A stretch of 64,000 nt of DNA from Curvularia clavata (GCA_023920165.1 CP089275.1:1116001-1180000); one strand, 5' to 3'. Positions 11,856 through 24,705 are shown, counted from the stretch's first letter. A program made the numbers and translations. The notes: a model not told the origin generated them from the sequence alone.

Positions 11856-14584
11856 TTAATACTATGGTTATTACTATATTATCGATCATTGTATTTATTG
11901 AATTTTCTATTTTAGATTACTAATATCTGTTAATTTCTCTACATTTAGTAGAGTAGTATTTAACTTAGTCGGTATATTAGTAGATAAGGTGCCTGATAAC
12001 TCAGCTAATACCAGTGTAACTATTCAAAAATTCTAAAATCATTTAATAGTTGAATAGTAAAATTCTAAATTACTATGTAACATAATCATGTTTATCAAAA
12101 CCAGCTAAAGGATAAACTAAAATATATAGTAGCTAAAATGCTATGCTTGAAAGAATAAGGTATATACTGTCTATCCTTCCAAGTACGATACCTCTTCCAA
12201 TACATGCGTCGGGGTTTGAGTCCCAATTCGCACGCTGGCCTTGGCTTTCTTCAGAATCAGCGTAGCATTGTTGTTTCTGTGGAGCACTGTTTACTGCATG
12301 GTCTCAGCTCTAGTCACTGCGCACCTCACTCCTTGTGATGAACACGTGCTACAATTCGTCTCAATAGGACCTGTTATGTAGAAATAGGATATTCTTTCTT
12401 GTAGAAAGGACACGTCATTTGCGTGAGGTGCTAGTTTTGGCGCTTAGGGGCTTGAAATAAATCCTGGCTATGCCAATCGCATGTGGAGTATGTTTGGGCT
12501 GCAGTGCAGTATAAGAGGTGGAGGATAGGAAGCAGCTTGCTGGCGGCTTAGCGTAGTGATGGAGAGATCAACTAAACCGTTGCTATTCTTTCATGCTGCT
12601 AACAATAGCAGCTTGCTCAACCAAGAAAAAATGGCCCTAATATTGGTTGTCTTATCGAAGCGACTGAAGAAATTTGTTATGGATTTTTGGACGCGACGTT
12701 TGGGACCGTTGCCCGTTGCGCACGCACGCGCGCCGATAAGAGAGCCACAACGGCTAATATTGTCCTTGACAGCCGTCATCGAGCCCGCAGGCCAGGTATT
12801 TGGTAGGGTACTGGCTGCAATGCGGCTGCTGTCCAACAGTCATGGTCACACGGAACCCACGAGGATCTTCATGCGACGTGAAACATTGCGATGAAGGAAA
12901 ATTTTGCGTACGAAACAAAACAACCTGTTTGTGTTTTATTCGAGATGCATGTTTATAAGCCAAACACGACATGTTGGGCGTCGGACAGAATACCAAAGCA
13001 AAAAGCAGACGGTAAAAGTTAAAAATAAAAAGGCAAAAAATCGGGCTACATGCGCGTCTTGTGATTACACTGTTGCGAACAGCGTCATAACTGGGTTGCT
13101 CGCAAGTCGGGAATACGGCTGAATAACTTGGTCGAATCGTGGGTAGCCATGAGATGCGGATGGGGTGGGGGGTACAAAGCAGGGGCGTTTGGTGTACCCA
13201 TGTCCGCTTACCTGCAGTTCAAGTGGCACAAAAACAAGCCGTCTTGACCATGCAGCCCTGAGCGTAGCACCGCCGCAATGACGACGCTTTTGCTCCCACA
13301 TTCAAAGCCTGGTCAAGCTGCAATTGTGCAGATTGGGCAAACTACATGCTCACCGTTAGACTCAACGCCCAGGTAGTTAAGCAAAGTGTGCGCTGGCTGT
13401 TGATCCTCCTACCATAGCGCGTGGGGGGACCATAGGCACGTCTACTGAGGAAATTCTCCTGTCCAATGGGACCCGGCTAGCCGTCAGATGGACTCTGCTT
13501 TAATTCAGCGTTGTGATAAAAACAAAGGTGATGTGCCGAAGGCCCTCTCATGCCGCATAATGTCGGCGTCTACAGGCTGATGTGGCACCAATCCCTATGC
13601 CGCTCAACGCTGGATCAGGAACGGCAACAAGCGCAGGAATGGTGAAAACAAAGACGCTAGCGTTTTTGAAGCATTTTTAGCACGACGTGTTGGTTAAAGG
13701 GGTTTCGTCGGGAATGCTCAAACGTGGTTTTTCCCGTTCCAAGGCGCCCAGAGCAGGGCGGGACAGTTTATCTTAGGCTGAGTTTGTGGGAATGATGCCT
13801 CGCTGGTACCGTCACCGATAGGCCTACAACATGGATATTGTAGGTATTAGTATAAAAGGTGACTGGAGATGAGAAAACAAAAGGCGGCGGCGTCAGGGCA
13901 AAGCATACCAGAGCGCCACGCTAGCAAGCCAGTTCCCGCAACCATCTACGTGAGGGGTGGCACTTGTTCTCCCCCGGCAGGTCGGCACCCAAATCAACGT
14001 TGAAACAACAAAACATGTCGCAATGTGCCATTTTTTCAGACATTTTATGATTCTCAGGCCTGAAAGAATTCCCACTTTTGGATGCAGCCGGTAGGCGATC
14101 TCGGTGGCTCGATGCCGGAGTTGCCCTTGTACGAGTTTTGACACATTTCGGCAAAGCTCATGCATGCATGGAAACTATGGCGCTAGCAGTAGTATATGTG
14201 CTCTTATTGGTCAAAGCTCACCATATGGTTTGTTTGTTTTTTGTTTTTGTGTGACATTTCCAGCAGAACTGTTCAAGACTGCGAAATCGACTTTTGCCAA
14301 GATTGCACATGGTTCTCGTCAAGAGCTCGTAGTTTCGACATTGGTCATAGAATCATGGCTCCCCTTTTTTCCACACATTGTCGAACTTGTCATGTTGTTG
14401 CCTTTGGGCGACACAAAAGTTGCTCTATCCTTTGCTTTTCATGTTAAATATCCAGCCTCTTCCTCGAGTAACACGATTCTATATCATCCTCTCATCGTGT
14501 TGTTGCAAATACAACTGCATCGTCATTATTCTTGTGAAACCTGTCTTGGCAATCGTAGCTGCACCTCTCGACCGCGTGAACAAC

Positions 14585-15330
14585 ATGTTGGATGCATACC
14601 AGCAGCACGATGCCGAATCAATTCAAGAAGCCATCGAGTCTACTTTGCATCAAGTGTACAGTGGTTACGAAATCGAGGTGCAAGACCAGGCTATAAGCAC
14701 CATGTTGGAAGTGTCTGGCGGGGATGTTGATCTCCTTATTGCATGGATACGAAGCTTCACGGCTGCCCAGGATGCAGGACACAATCGTTGTCTCCATGCC
14801 ATATCCAGCATCCCAGAAGGGGACAGATTGAGAAGGATCAGGGCTGTGGGTAAGTGAGGACAGCTTTGACGGCGCACGCGCTACCCAAAGCTAATGTCAG
14901 TCAAGTAGCAGCGAACGTCCCAGCGTTGCCGGCAACAGTCGCGCGCGGGGTCGCCACGCGCGAGAAGCCCAGGCGCGGACCTCGCAGTGGCGAGTCTTGC
15001 TCCCCCCCAGCCAACAAGCGCGCACGCACGACTCGAGAAATCTATGGCTGTCCGGGTGAAGGAGGCAAATGTCCAAAACACAAATACGCGATGTGGAGAT
15101 CAAGAGCCAGCTTTCTCAAGCATTTTGTCCAAGACCACGTGCAAGAATACAAAGTAGGCCGATCCCTTCAGTGTCTCCAATGCAAAGGAACCGAATCAGC
15201 CCATTACAAGTATCCGGAACAAGGACAATCGCTTGCAATCCATATCTGGGAGAAACATTTGTCGGTTCAAACCGAATCTGAGGCGGAAATGACTGCGCTG
15301 GCATCGGAAGACGGAGACGAGACGACGTAG
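14585..15330 (+). CDS. Uncharacterised 228-aa protein: helical domain, basic NLS-like patch, double C2H2-like zinc finger (paralogue 1)
   Basis: Phase-1 intron 14850-14908 (GTAAGT..CTAAT..TAG) joins two ORFs in frame. Fingers YGCPG..C..W.S..SF..HF...H and C..C...LAIHIWEKH. Confidence 0.75.
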
Positions 15331-17841
15331 TCTCCAGGCACGCGAAGGGACCCATGGCGAATGGAACGGAGCGCATGCAGTGGCCGTTGTTAGCGAGACA
15401 TTGCCAGTCTTATCGAATTCTTGCTTATCGCATTGTTGAATCCGTAGCAGAGGGCGTCTTTCAAGTGAGGCAGGCTGTGATGTTGTGAAACTGGGATTAA
15501 TAGATGGCAGTGTAGTGTTTTGTATCAAGAGACTGGAACCCACTCATGACCTTTGACACTACAGTAAACCACAGCTATGTGCATAACCATGATCTTGCAG
15601 CATGCGGGCTTACCAGACGGGCCTGAAGATGAATGCATCTGGTCTGCAAGCAACAGTGCATGTAGCTGCATGCAAGCGGTTATGTATCAAGGGTCTGCAG
15701 CCATGCGCCGCCAACCAAGTCAACCCGGCACACTAGCCGAAGTGATGAGTATAGCGTTTGTTCGGATGCAGCGCCAAACTCGAGGCGTTGTATACGAGGC
15801 CTTGACAATGACACGGTTGCGGACATGTTTGTCGGACGATGGTGTTGTCGAGTCGTCGCTGCGGTTCTTGTCGTGGTGTTGTGGAGTACCGGCATGGCAC
15901 GTCCGCTCCTTGGTAGCTTTGCCTAAAATAGCTTAGCCCACGGGAGCGAGTGAACCTTCAACCAAGAATTGGCGGTTCGGGCTCACTTATCTTGTGCTCT
16001 TTACATGGTGCATTGTTGCAGTTCTCATCATTCTCATCAAGACAGCTTTGGCCAAACTGCTCTGGACACTTGAGGCATGTTCCATCGCATGCGTAGGGTC
16101 GGCGAGGCCGCTGGGACCATGTGCATCAATTGCATTTGGCTGTCGAAGCTTTGGCTCCCTGCTCCGCTCATGACGGGAGCCTGCCCATGCGCCTTCTAGA
16201 AGCCACGTACGTTGGGAGTTTGTTTTGCCATGTTCCGCTTTACCACCGCAGGTCCATCCGAGCATCCTCGTCGCCCACGCCACATGACGGACAGGAAAGA
16301 GCTACTGGCAATTGCGTAGACTGCAAACAACCGCTTGGGTGCCCGGGCTGAAGGTAGAGTGCAAGGCGAGATATCTTTTATTGGAACACTGGCTGGAGCA
16401 AAGCAAAAAGAGAGACGGGCGCCTGGGTGAGGCGAGCGAGTCGGAGTTTCCTAGTAGGCCAGTTGGAGTGGTGTGGAGGCGCATCTCTCTGCACCAAGCA
16501 ACAACAGCAACATCGCACAGCTAGCTGCAGCCATAACCGACGCCACGACAAAAGCTACAATTACCTTCGCAATCTACGTTGCTATCGACCTTTGCCCCAA
16601 AAGTGCGCGTGACAATGGATCGCGTCGGCAATCCGGTTTCCAAGCAAAAGTTGCAACACGGAAACGCTCAGCCCAAGCCCCAGCCCCCCGATAATAATGT
16701 TTGTAAACATATTTCCAGTGGGCCATGTACGTTCCGGTGCTAAGCCACACAAGGTGCAGCCGACCCCCACCCAGTGTAGCTTTGTTTCGCCCATATCAGA
16801 CAGGAAACATTGCCGAGTGGAGTAGAATTCATCTTCAGCAGAGAATACGAGAGACCAAAGAGAGAGGGAAAGAGAATGTCTGTGTGTGTTGCTTGAACGT
16901 CAACGCTGCTGATGCACACGACTGTCAATGTGACAATGGCCGCTTCGGCCAGACTTGGCAACATGTCAAGCACTCGATGCAATTGTGACAAGTTTGCAAT
17001 ATTCGCTCTCAACCACACACCTATCGCTCGCTCGCACGCACAGTCCAGTTGTTACAATGTTCAAACTCTGTGGGGTTGTTAAACGCGTCAGTGGATATAT
17101 TGGGCGGCTGGGGGCAAGGGGGGGAAGCCGCCGACTGTTTGAAACACGCTGCCCGTCTGGTCTGCACGTAGGGCTGGCTGCCTCTACCTCACACAGTTTT
17201 CACTCCATCGGCGAGCCCATCCACTCGACCTGTTACCTGTCAAATGACTCACCCAATCCCACCCACACCGTTCCTCGTCCCAATCCACCGTCGCAACTCG
17301 AGGGCGTCGCCTGCACCCTTGGCAATATCGTCCTGCCTGCAGCTTTCCAATCGTCAAGACCATGCCCAAACTCGGCCCACCCAGTTAACCCAAAGACGCC
17401 CTTGCGGGGCTCCACTCTGATCACAGTCATGGTAACAGTCCGTCACCGCCTTGCAGAAGGCAACCTCTGTGCTGTGTCGATGATTTGTTGTAACTAGTGC
17501 TGATCCTTTGTGCAGTTCGCCCGCCATGGGCATGCCTCTTATACACTCCTTCTACTGGTTCTTGGTTTCATGCTTGTCATCCCCATTTTCTGCTCGCTAT
17601 CTTTAACATCCACACCCCCACACGCTTCTTTTAGCACTCAGTCACTCTCTTTTATACCCCTTCCATCGCACGCTCGTCATCTCGATCCTTCACTCGCTCT
17701 CGTCAACAGTTACACCCGCTTTCGGTCTCGTTGGTATGTTTCGCACCAGCGTCACGGTCGTTCCCGTCCTTTGCTTGCAAGACCTACCACCCTATTTCCA
17801 GCAATATCGTCTTAATTACCATCCGGAAACCTTGCGCAGCC

Positions 17842-19202
17842 ATGAATCGTGCAAACCCATTTCCAACCAACGAACCTGCTACCGTCTATCCACAGACCGC
17901 CACAATGCTAGATTCCGAATTCACTCCTCCTGATCCGCTGCCTGCGGGGAATCCAGGCACTGCCGAGCAGAACGCGAGTGTACGCAGAATGCTGTCAGAC
18001 AACATGAGTCGAGAGTTGATTCACTCAATCATCCAGACACACAAGAAATCCGAGGAAGCTGGTAACCATCATATATACGATAATCTCTCAAAGTTAGCAA
18101 AGGAACAGTTGGACCAGGTCATCTCCGCCAATGTTCCACAGACCGCCCCAATGCTGGCCTGCGGGCCCATTCCTCATGATCCACAGCTAGGGGAGAATCC
18201 AGGCACTGCCGAGCAGAACGCGAATGTGTGCAGCATGCTGCTAGCTAACATGAGTCGAGAGTTGATTCATTCAATCATCCAGACACACAAGAAATCCGAG
18301 GAAGTTGGCGACCATGACGAACTCGATCATTTATCAAAGTTAACAAAGGAGCAGTTGGACCAAGTCATCTCCGCCAATGGTGAGTGAGCAAGCATGACTA
18401 CACCATCTTCACAAGCTGACCCAAGGTAGAACTTCCTCCATCACAACCGCTCGTGGAAGCGCACCTGGATCCCAAGCGGAAGATGTCCCAAGGCCCTGAC
18501 GAGGAGCCGGCTCCTTGCCCCCAAGACGCCAAACGCCCGCGCAAGGCACCAACTGGCAAAGGGCCGGTTCAAGAAAAGCTAGCCAAGGACACGTCGCGTG
18601 TGAAGCGATATGGATGTCCGGGAAATACCAAAACATGTCAAGCGTACATGAACAGACAATGGACGTCACAGCTCAGTTTCGTGCATCACTTTGAGGACAA
18701 TCATTCGGAAGAATTCAAAAGCGTCGACCACCTTAGTAACGGTACCAATTTTTTCATATGCTGCGACTGTGAGAGCAACCAGTCCCTGCCCACTGGCACT
18801 GAAGTGTGGAAATGGAGGCACTTACGACAGCTTGCAAAACACATATACAACAACCATTTGAGTCCGACCAAATCGACACACCATCATACCAACGCAATGG
18901 AAGCAAATGGCCAACCTGAACAGCCCGCCGACACTCCTCATACCAATCCCAGTAGCACCGAGCTTAAGCATCAGCTCCAGATCACTGCGAATCCAGGCAT
19001 GGATGGCGTAAAGCCTGGAGAGCCTTCGGGTACTCGATACGAGCATACCAGCCATGCTGAAACCGACAATTTCTCACATTCCGACACTGGTACCGGCCCC
19101 TTCATCCAGGACTTTCTCTACTCGAATGACTATCTTGGTGGCCCGGCATCTGGGTTTAACCTTGCTAATGGTCCCGTTACTGATCTATGGCATCGTCTTT
19201 AG
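17842..19202 (+). CDS. Uncharacterised 436-aa protein: duplicated helical domain, basic patch, double C2H2-like zinc finger (paralogue 2)
   Basis: Phase-1 intron 18380-18429 (GTGAGT..GCTGAC..TAG) joins two ORFs in frame. Fingers YGCPG..C..W.S..SF.HHF...H and C.DC...LAKHIYNNH. Confidence 0.8.
17890..18379 (+). repeat. Intragenic tandem duplication, 246-bp (82-aa) unit, two copies
   Basis: CCACAGACCGCC recurs at 17890 and 18136; NPGTAEQNA...NMSRELIHSIIQTHKKSEE...KEQLDQVISAN occurs twice. Confidence 0.95.
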
Positions 19203-20352
19203 TGCTCCGTCTCTTTTACCCTACTACCATAATCGTTATGTTCTCCCTCTTGTATGATGTTACGTCAATTGCTAGCGCCTTCTATCTAGACTTAGGCTTT
19301 ATGCCTCATGTATGATGATTTTGGGGGATATATTCTGTCTTTCTCCTTTTGTTCTTCTCTAAGCGTATTAGCCAGCCCTTACAGAGCTAGAGGCCTTTTT
19401 ATGATCGTCATACTAGTAGTCAGCGTCACCAACATCCATTCACTCAAGCAAGCAGAACCTTGTTCACGTGTTTTGCTCGTGTCAAAACAAGTTCAAATGC
19501 CGTTACCCATCACAACCGTAAAGGGACTGACAGCAAAGTGTGGGCCGTAGTAGCGACTACATGGAACACTCGTTACCATGTTGCACACCCCTGTCCGTGC
19601 CTCTAACGATCATCCATGCCCACCCACCCCCAGATTCCAGAAACCACACATGTCACCAAGAGAGAACTATCCATCCACCTCACAGCGACCCCAACCGTCC
19701 CCTCTCTTCTCTTCTCGCCGCGCGACACGCTTTCCATACACGGCTCACAGTTTTCATTACCTCCGAAAACCGTTGTCAAGATTAACGATCAGACCAGCGA
19801 CGGGTCGAGCGGGCCTAGTACAACCGTTTTTGGTAGGCTTACTTGCGTGTGGGCGGGACGTTGGGGTCCCGGCTGACGCTAATCCATTACCCTTTTTCAA
19901 GTACTGAACCATGCGCGACATGGTCATTGGCTACTGCGGAAGCCTCAAATGTCGCTCTAGTATGCAAGGGGTATCCACTGATTAGCTAAGAATGCGTTCG
20001 CTTGTTGGACCCGGTAATAATTGACGATCCACAGGCAGATCCCAGTACCATTATTTTCTCCAGTCAGATCATCTCCCGGCTATTGGTCGATAGGTGGTCG
20101 ATTGTATCCACACTACTGCAATTTTTGTTACGATAGCCGAACGGTTCACATGTCCGATGTACTGAAACCGTTGAGTGTCGGTGCTGCTAGACACACTGAG
20201 CTCAACGGGACGTGTTCTCTACTTCTACTTTGAACATTGCTACGTGCTCATTGGTTATTCAGCCTTGATTTCTACATTTTCATCCTTGTTCGTCGATACT
20301 TATGTCACGTTGTCTTACCGATACTTTCTCTAATCGTGGCGACGCTACTTCC

Positions 20353-21160
20353 ATGGCTCCCATGTGCGACGACGCGTTCTCAAAACTCTACATAGCCCTA
20401 GCATATCTGAACGCATTGAGCTGCACCTCAACGCCTCTCGCAACCACTTTGATGAATTTGGCTCTCACGTCCACATGGATTTGAGGCTCCTCTTTCTCGT
20501 CTTACTCGGCAGTTTGCAGGGGGGGAGAGAACATCAATTCAAGACCAACCCATACTGGCCATGCTGAAACGCGGCACAGACCCGGAGAACATCCCTTTGT
20601 ACGTGCGCCATCATAACATAGCGGGAGAGACAGACGATAATCAATATCTTGATGTCATAGCGGAAAGGGCAGCAACGGAGCTCCAAGTGAACACCGCCGT
20701 TGCCGGTAAGCGAAACTGGCTGATGAATTTGATAAAAGTGTCAAACCATACAGAAGAAAAAGCAAAATGGGCACAGAAATCCTGTGCCGGCTTGATGACT
20801 TCTCCAGATCAAGACCAAAGTGCGCGCATGACTCCCACGAGCACGCGATGCAAAACCAGCGCAATACGGTTGCCCAGGTGATCAATGCCGGTGCATCCGA
20901 GGATATGAATAGAGCCCTGGAGGTCATTTAAAGCCCTTCTTCGAGCATCCAACGAGCCAAGCATCTAGCAGAGTACCATAGTCATGGTTAGTCTCAAGTA
21001 TCTGCAATGCGCAATGCGAAACCAATTCCTCGGGTTTCCATTCATCCTACACCCATCACAAGGGAGAGAGCCGCTATCGCCCGTCTTGAGATTATTGTGC
21101 TAGTGGAAGCGCCCGCGACGGCCTTGCAACAAACATTTGCTAGCAGGCGCACAACTCAAT
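20353..21160 (+). pseudogene. Frameshifted third paralogue of the zinc-finger family
   Basis: IQDQPILAMLKRGTDPENI...AVA followed by a phase-1 GTAAGC donor at 20706. YGCPGDQCRC at 20865, then WRSFK, YLQCAM and GLATNIC in shifting frames with stops. Start position uncertain. Confidence 0.7.
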
Positions 21161-21991
21161 TTAGACTGACACAGGATGCTTAGCTTGGTGGTGATGACAG
21201 GTATAAGCGTCGACGCCAAAGCGGCCATGCCAATCTCTGATGTAGTCTTCAGTCCGCCTCGTGCTCCGCCTCTTTTACTATGACTGCTGCCACGTACTCT
21301 TCAAATAACATTTTGTATTCTATTTTACTATATACAGCTGAAGTAAACTTTTTTACGTTATCATATGATAGTTTTACCAATGCCTTGGCAAAAGTAGGCC
21401 GCTCAGATAAGCCGCTCACCCGTGAGCTATGTTACTTATCTAAACATTTCAATCAAATTTACGATTACTTCAACTACATAGCATCACTAGAGTTTTTTAG
21501 TTACACTTAGCAATCTATTCACGTGCTACTTCACCATAGTACTCTTTCAAGGACCATTTCAATCAATATTTTCTATATCGTCTATTCTGGTCTGCTTTTA
21601 AGGATGAAAGAATCGTCTCCCACTCCACATAGTCTTGAGCGCAAATATCGTAACCCGCCATCTCTCTCCCTCCCCGTCCCATCTCAACTCGCCCATGAAC
21701 CCCCGATTTCCCGCAAGAAATCAGATCCTTATTTAGGCTGTTGCTTTGGCCCTCATCAAGTGCTGGACCAGATATTTGTACGTACAGCTGTACCAAGCAG
21801 CAATACAGCTAGATAGATGCAAACGAACCAGAAGAATGTTTAAATCTGCGTTACAAGTTGATGTGTAATATAAGTCGACTTGACCATATATTTTAAAAAA
21901 GAGAGCTACTCGTTTAGAACATAAGTAAACCCCCAAAAGCGCATTATATCGCATGATTATCATCGAACGCCAAAAAAGCAAAAAGAATGAG

Positions 21992-22062
21992 CTCTCCAGC
22001 GGGGCAACGAACCCCGGTCTCCTGCGATTTGTCACATGACAAGCGGAAATACTGACCACTAT
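21992..22062 (-). pseudogene. 5'-truncated tRNA-Asp(GTC) copy
   Basis: Nearly identical to 43603-43684, including the intron (TGTGACAAAT versus TATGACAAAT). First 11 nt absent; T-loop TTCGTTG; downstream T-runs retained. Confidence 0.9.
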
Positions 22063-22206
22063 GTTACTATGCTGTCTGCCAAGATACCCGTTAAATTGGG
22101 TAGGGTTAGGGTTAGGGTAGGGTTATCTACTTATTATCTATATTTTAATTACTTACTAGATATTTTATATCTATTACTTACTTCTTAATAAGTTATTTTA
22201 GTCATG

Positions 22207-22694
22207 TGTTACAGGTAACAAAGAAGGATTCTCTCCTTGACGGGGATGACGAGGTTAAGGACCAACCACGTCCGCGTCAGAAGACAAAGGGCATCGCGGG
22301 GCTTGGAGTCACGTGATGTGCCATCCCGCCAAGGATGGGATGACAGTGGGCCGAGGGATGGCAGGCCATCCCCAACATCCCGCCAAGAAACAGAAAGACG
22401 GGATGGACGGGATGGCAGGACCAGAAGGCAATGGGTATAAGAATGTGTCGGATTTCATTATTACACTCGTTGTGGTCAACTCGGCAAAGTATCTTTCCAT
22501 AGTTCTTTCATACTCAGATTGATACTAGTTATTCTATCTTACAATAGAATTGGTTTTGTCTATCTTTGGTTACTCCTTACCTCCGAATCGCCAGACAACT
22601 ACCTCACGGTATACTTCGCAGAAACTGGCCTCGCCCTAACCCGGAACCTAGGCTAGGTAAGTATATTCCCACTAACGTAGGACCCCGTGTAACA
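22207..22694. mobile_element. Solo LTR (488 bp)
   Basis: TGTTACA...TGTAACA termini with a perfect 5-bp TSD TCATG; inserted in AT-rich RIP-like DNA. Confidence 0.9.
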
Positions 22695-22899
22695 TCATGT
22701 AGTATAAAAAACTTATATATATTTTTTAAATTACTATAATTTTATTATTTAAAATTTATAATAAATAGAAATAGATTTAATAAGTATATAAATATATATT
22801 TATATGTATTTAAAAATTTCTATAGTTGAGATATAAGATACTTAGAATAGTGTTAGTAGTTTGTTGTAGAGGGATGTTCGATCTATAGGGATTGACGTT

Positions 22900-23969
22900 A
22901 TACTTTTCGCTATTAGTAACTAACTACTCTATAGTTCTTGCGAATCACCTCCACAATAGCTAAGGCTTAACGCCAATTAAGAAAGGGGATTTTTTAGGAT
23001 CTTCTGGCAAGCCTGGAAGCAGACATTTACTGCGAAGCTTATTCTCCACTCATTTGAGGCAGTAGGGATCGCTCCGCTCAACCCCAACGTGATACTCGAC
23101 CGCTTCACCCCCAGCCAAGCGGAGGCAGCTGCAGCACAGGCCTTCAATGAAGCTAACGACTGGCGACACAATGACAGGATTTGGCGGCAATCTGTGCAGG
23201 ACCCGACTACGGACGAGGCAAAGGAGCTGCGGCAAACACTCCACCAGCTTACAACCCAAAATGAGCTGCTGAAGATGAAGAGGGACAACTTGCAAGATAC
23301 TCTAAGTCACGCAAAGAGCAAGTCTACAAAGAGCAAGCCTCTGCCGCTTATTCAGCGCAAAGAGACTCGCTCAAAGACACAATGGTACTCTCCCCGGGGA
23401 GTGAATGAGGCTCAACACCTTCAGGATGTATTTGAGCAGGAGGAGAGGGACATCGAGCTCCGCAAACACACTGAGCGAGAGCTCCATGAGTCTAACAGGA
23501 AGCTGAAGCAAAAGCTTGACGCTGAGAAGAAAGCTGCTGCTGCAACAAGGAGAAAGGAGGCTGCTGAGCGAGCACAGCTGAAGCGTGAGGAAGCAGCTCC
23601 ACGCAAAGCTGAACGAGAGCGTCAAAAGCAAGAGCGCGATGCTGTAGAAGCTATACAACTGACCCAAAGAGGCAAGCTGAAAGCTTCACAGTCTGAAGCA
23701 CCTAGAAAGAAGCAGAGTCGTGGTGCTGCAGCTGCCCGTAGTTGTTGTGTTGCTACGGCGCGTTCCCCAACCCCTCCACCTACATACAACAGCCGTGGCC
23801 GCAAAATCGCCCCACGCAAAAAGTTTGAGCTAGGGAATTAATTAGAATATTTAATAGAGAACTGCTCCGAGTTTTCTTGCGATAATAGCTAATGTGCGTG
23901 GCTCCACAGCTCTATCTGTCTATACTGCGTAAAGTGGTTGGGGTGGGCGGCACGCGCACAGACACTGTA
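22900..23969 (+). mobile_element. 3' half of a pogo/Fot1-type transposon
   Basis: FFRIFWQAWKQTF...ILHSFEAVGIAPLNPNVILDRF, a charged coiled-coil tail ending SRGRKIAPRKKF, and a TIR-like end GGTTGGGGTGGGCGGCACGCGCACAGACACTGTA. Confidence 0.8.
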
Positions 23970-24379
23970 ATCGCGCGGACAGGCATCGCGATTGCGCCGT
24001 TCCACTAGGAAAAGTCGGCTCCAATCTCAGATTTCCTCAGCGTGTACTGACGGCGGAATGATCAGCATAACACCTAATGGCCCTCTCACGACGGTATCTT
24101 TGTACTCGGCCTAATTTAAATTCAATATACTGTTACATGCCTTCGGGCCCCACCTCGTCGGACCGAACAATACTTATGCCTGCAACCACAGTACAGCAGT
24201 GCTTACGAGCTTCCGTCAACCTCCGGTGAGAGATTCATTAACGTCTGAGCCTTAGCCTCCTTACTAGAGATTTATAAAGTCTTCAACTTGTCCTCAAGGT
24301 TAGGAAGTACTATTCAATTTTCACGCTTTACAAGACTTCAGCCACTATTAGGGTAAATTCTGCACCACCAATAATCAAC

Positions 24380-24705
24380 ATGCGTATCTCATTTACTTAT
24401 ATCCTCGCTATTGCACTATCTCTAGTCCACGTTCATGGACAGTGCACACAATCTTCAGGCACCTACGAGGTACGTTTAAGTGTCTTGCTTACTACAAGAA
24501 TTTGTCACACTAATAAAAGGGTTAAGGCATGCAGCTCCGATGGAAACAAAGTCGTACGCAGACAATAACCTAGAATCTCCCCACCTCCTAGAACTAATTT
24601 GAAAAGCTTTGGTGCAGTGGATATCATGGTAGCTTGGTGGCGGATTGCGCTAAGGATTACGGTCTTAAATGCAGTTACCAATTAGGCGGCTATGGATGTT
24701 ACTAA
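24380..24705 (+). CDS. Small secreted cysteine-rich protein (71 aa, 6 Cys), candidate effector
   Basis: Exons 24380-24469, 24527-24553 and 24607-24705 give MRISFTYILAIALSLVHVHG-QCTQSSGTYEACSSDGNKVLWCSGYHGSLVADCAKDYGLKCSYQLGGYGCY. TATA-like TATAAA near 24273. Confidence 0.8.

Noticed and set aside
11860..14500. Possible Starship captain or recombinase next to the truncated tRNA
   Set aside because: No long ORF or recognisable tyrosine-recombinase motif by eye; a highly decayed relic cannot be excluded.
15500..17800. Numerous 60-180-aa ORFs between the zinc-finger paralogues
   Set aside because: Overlapping, no motifs or consistent splice structure; treated as intergenic or UTR.
11783..22062. 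Truncated tRNA copies as tRNA-derived SINE heads
   Set aside because: SINEs keep the 5' tRNA part and share a downstream body; these lack the 5' end and their flanks are unrelated.
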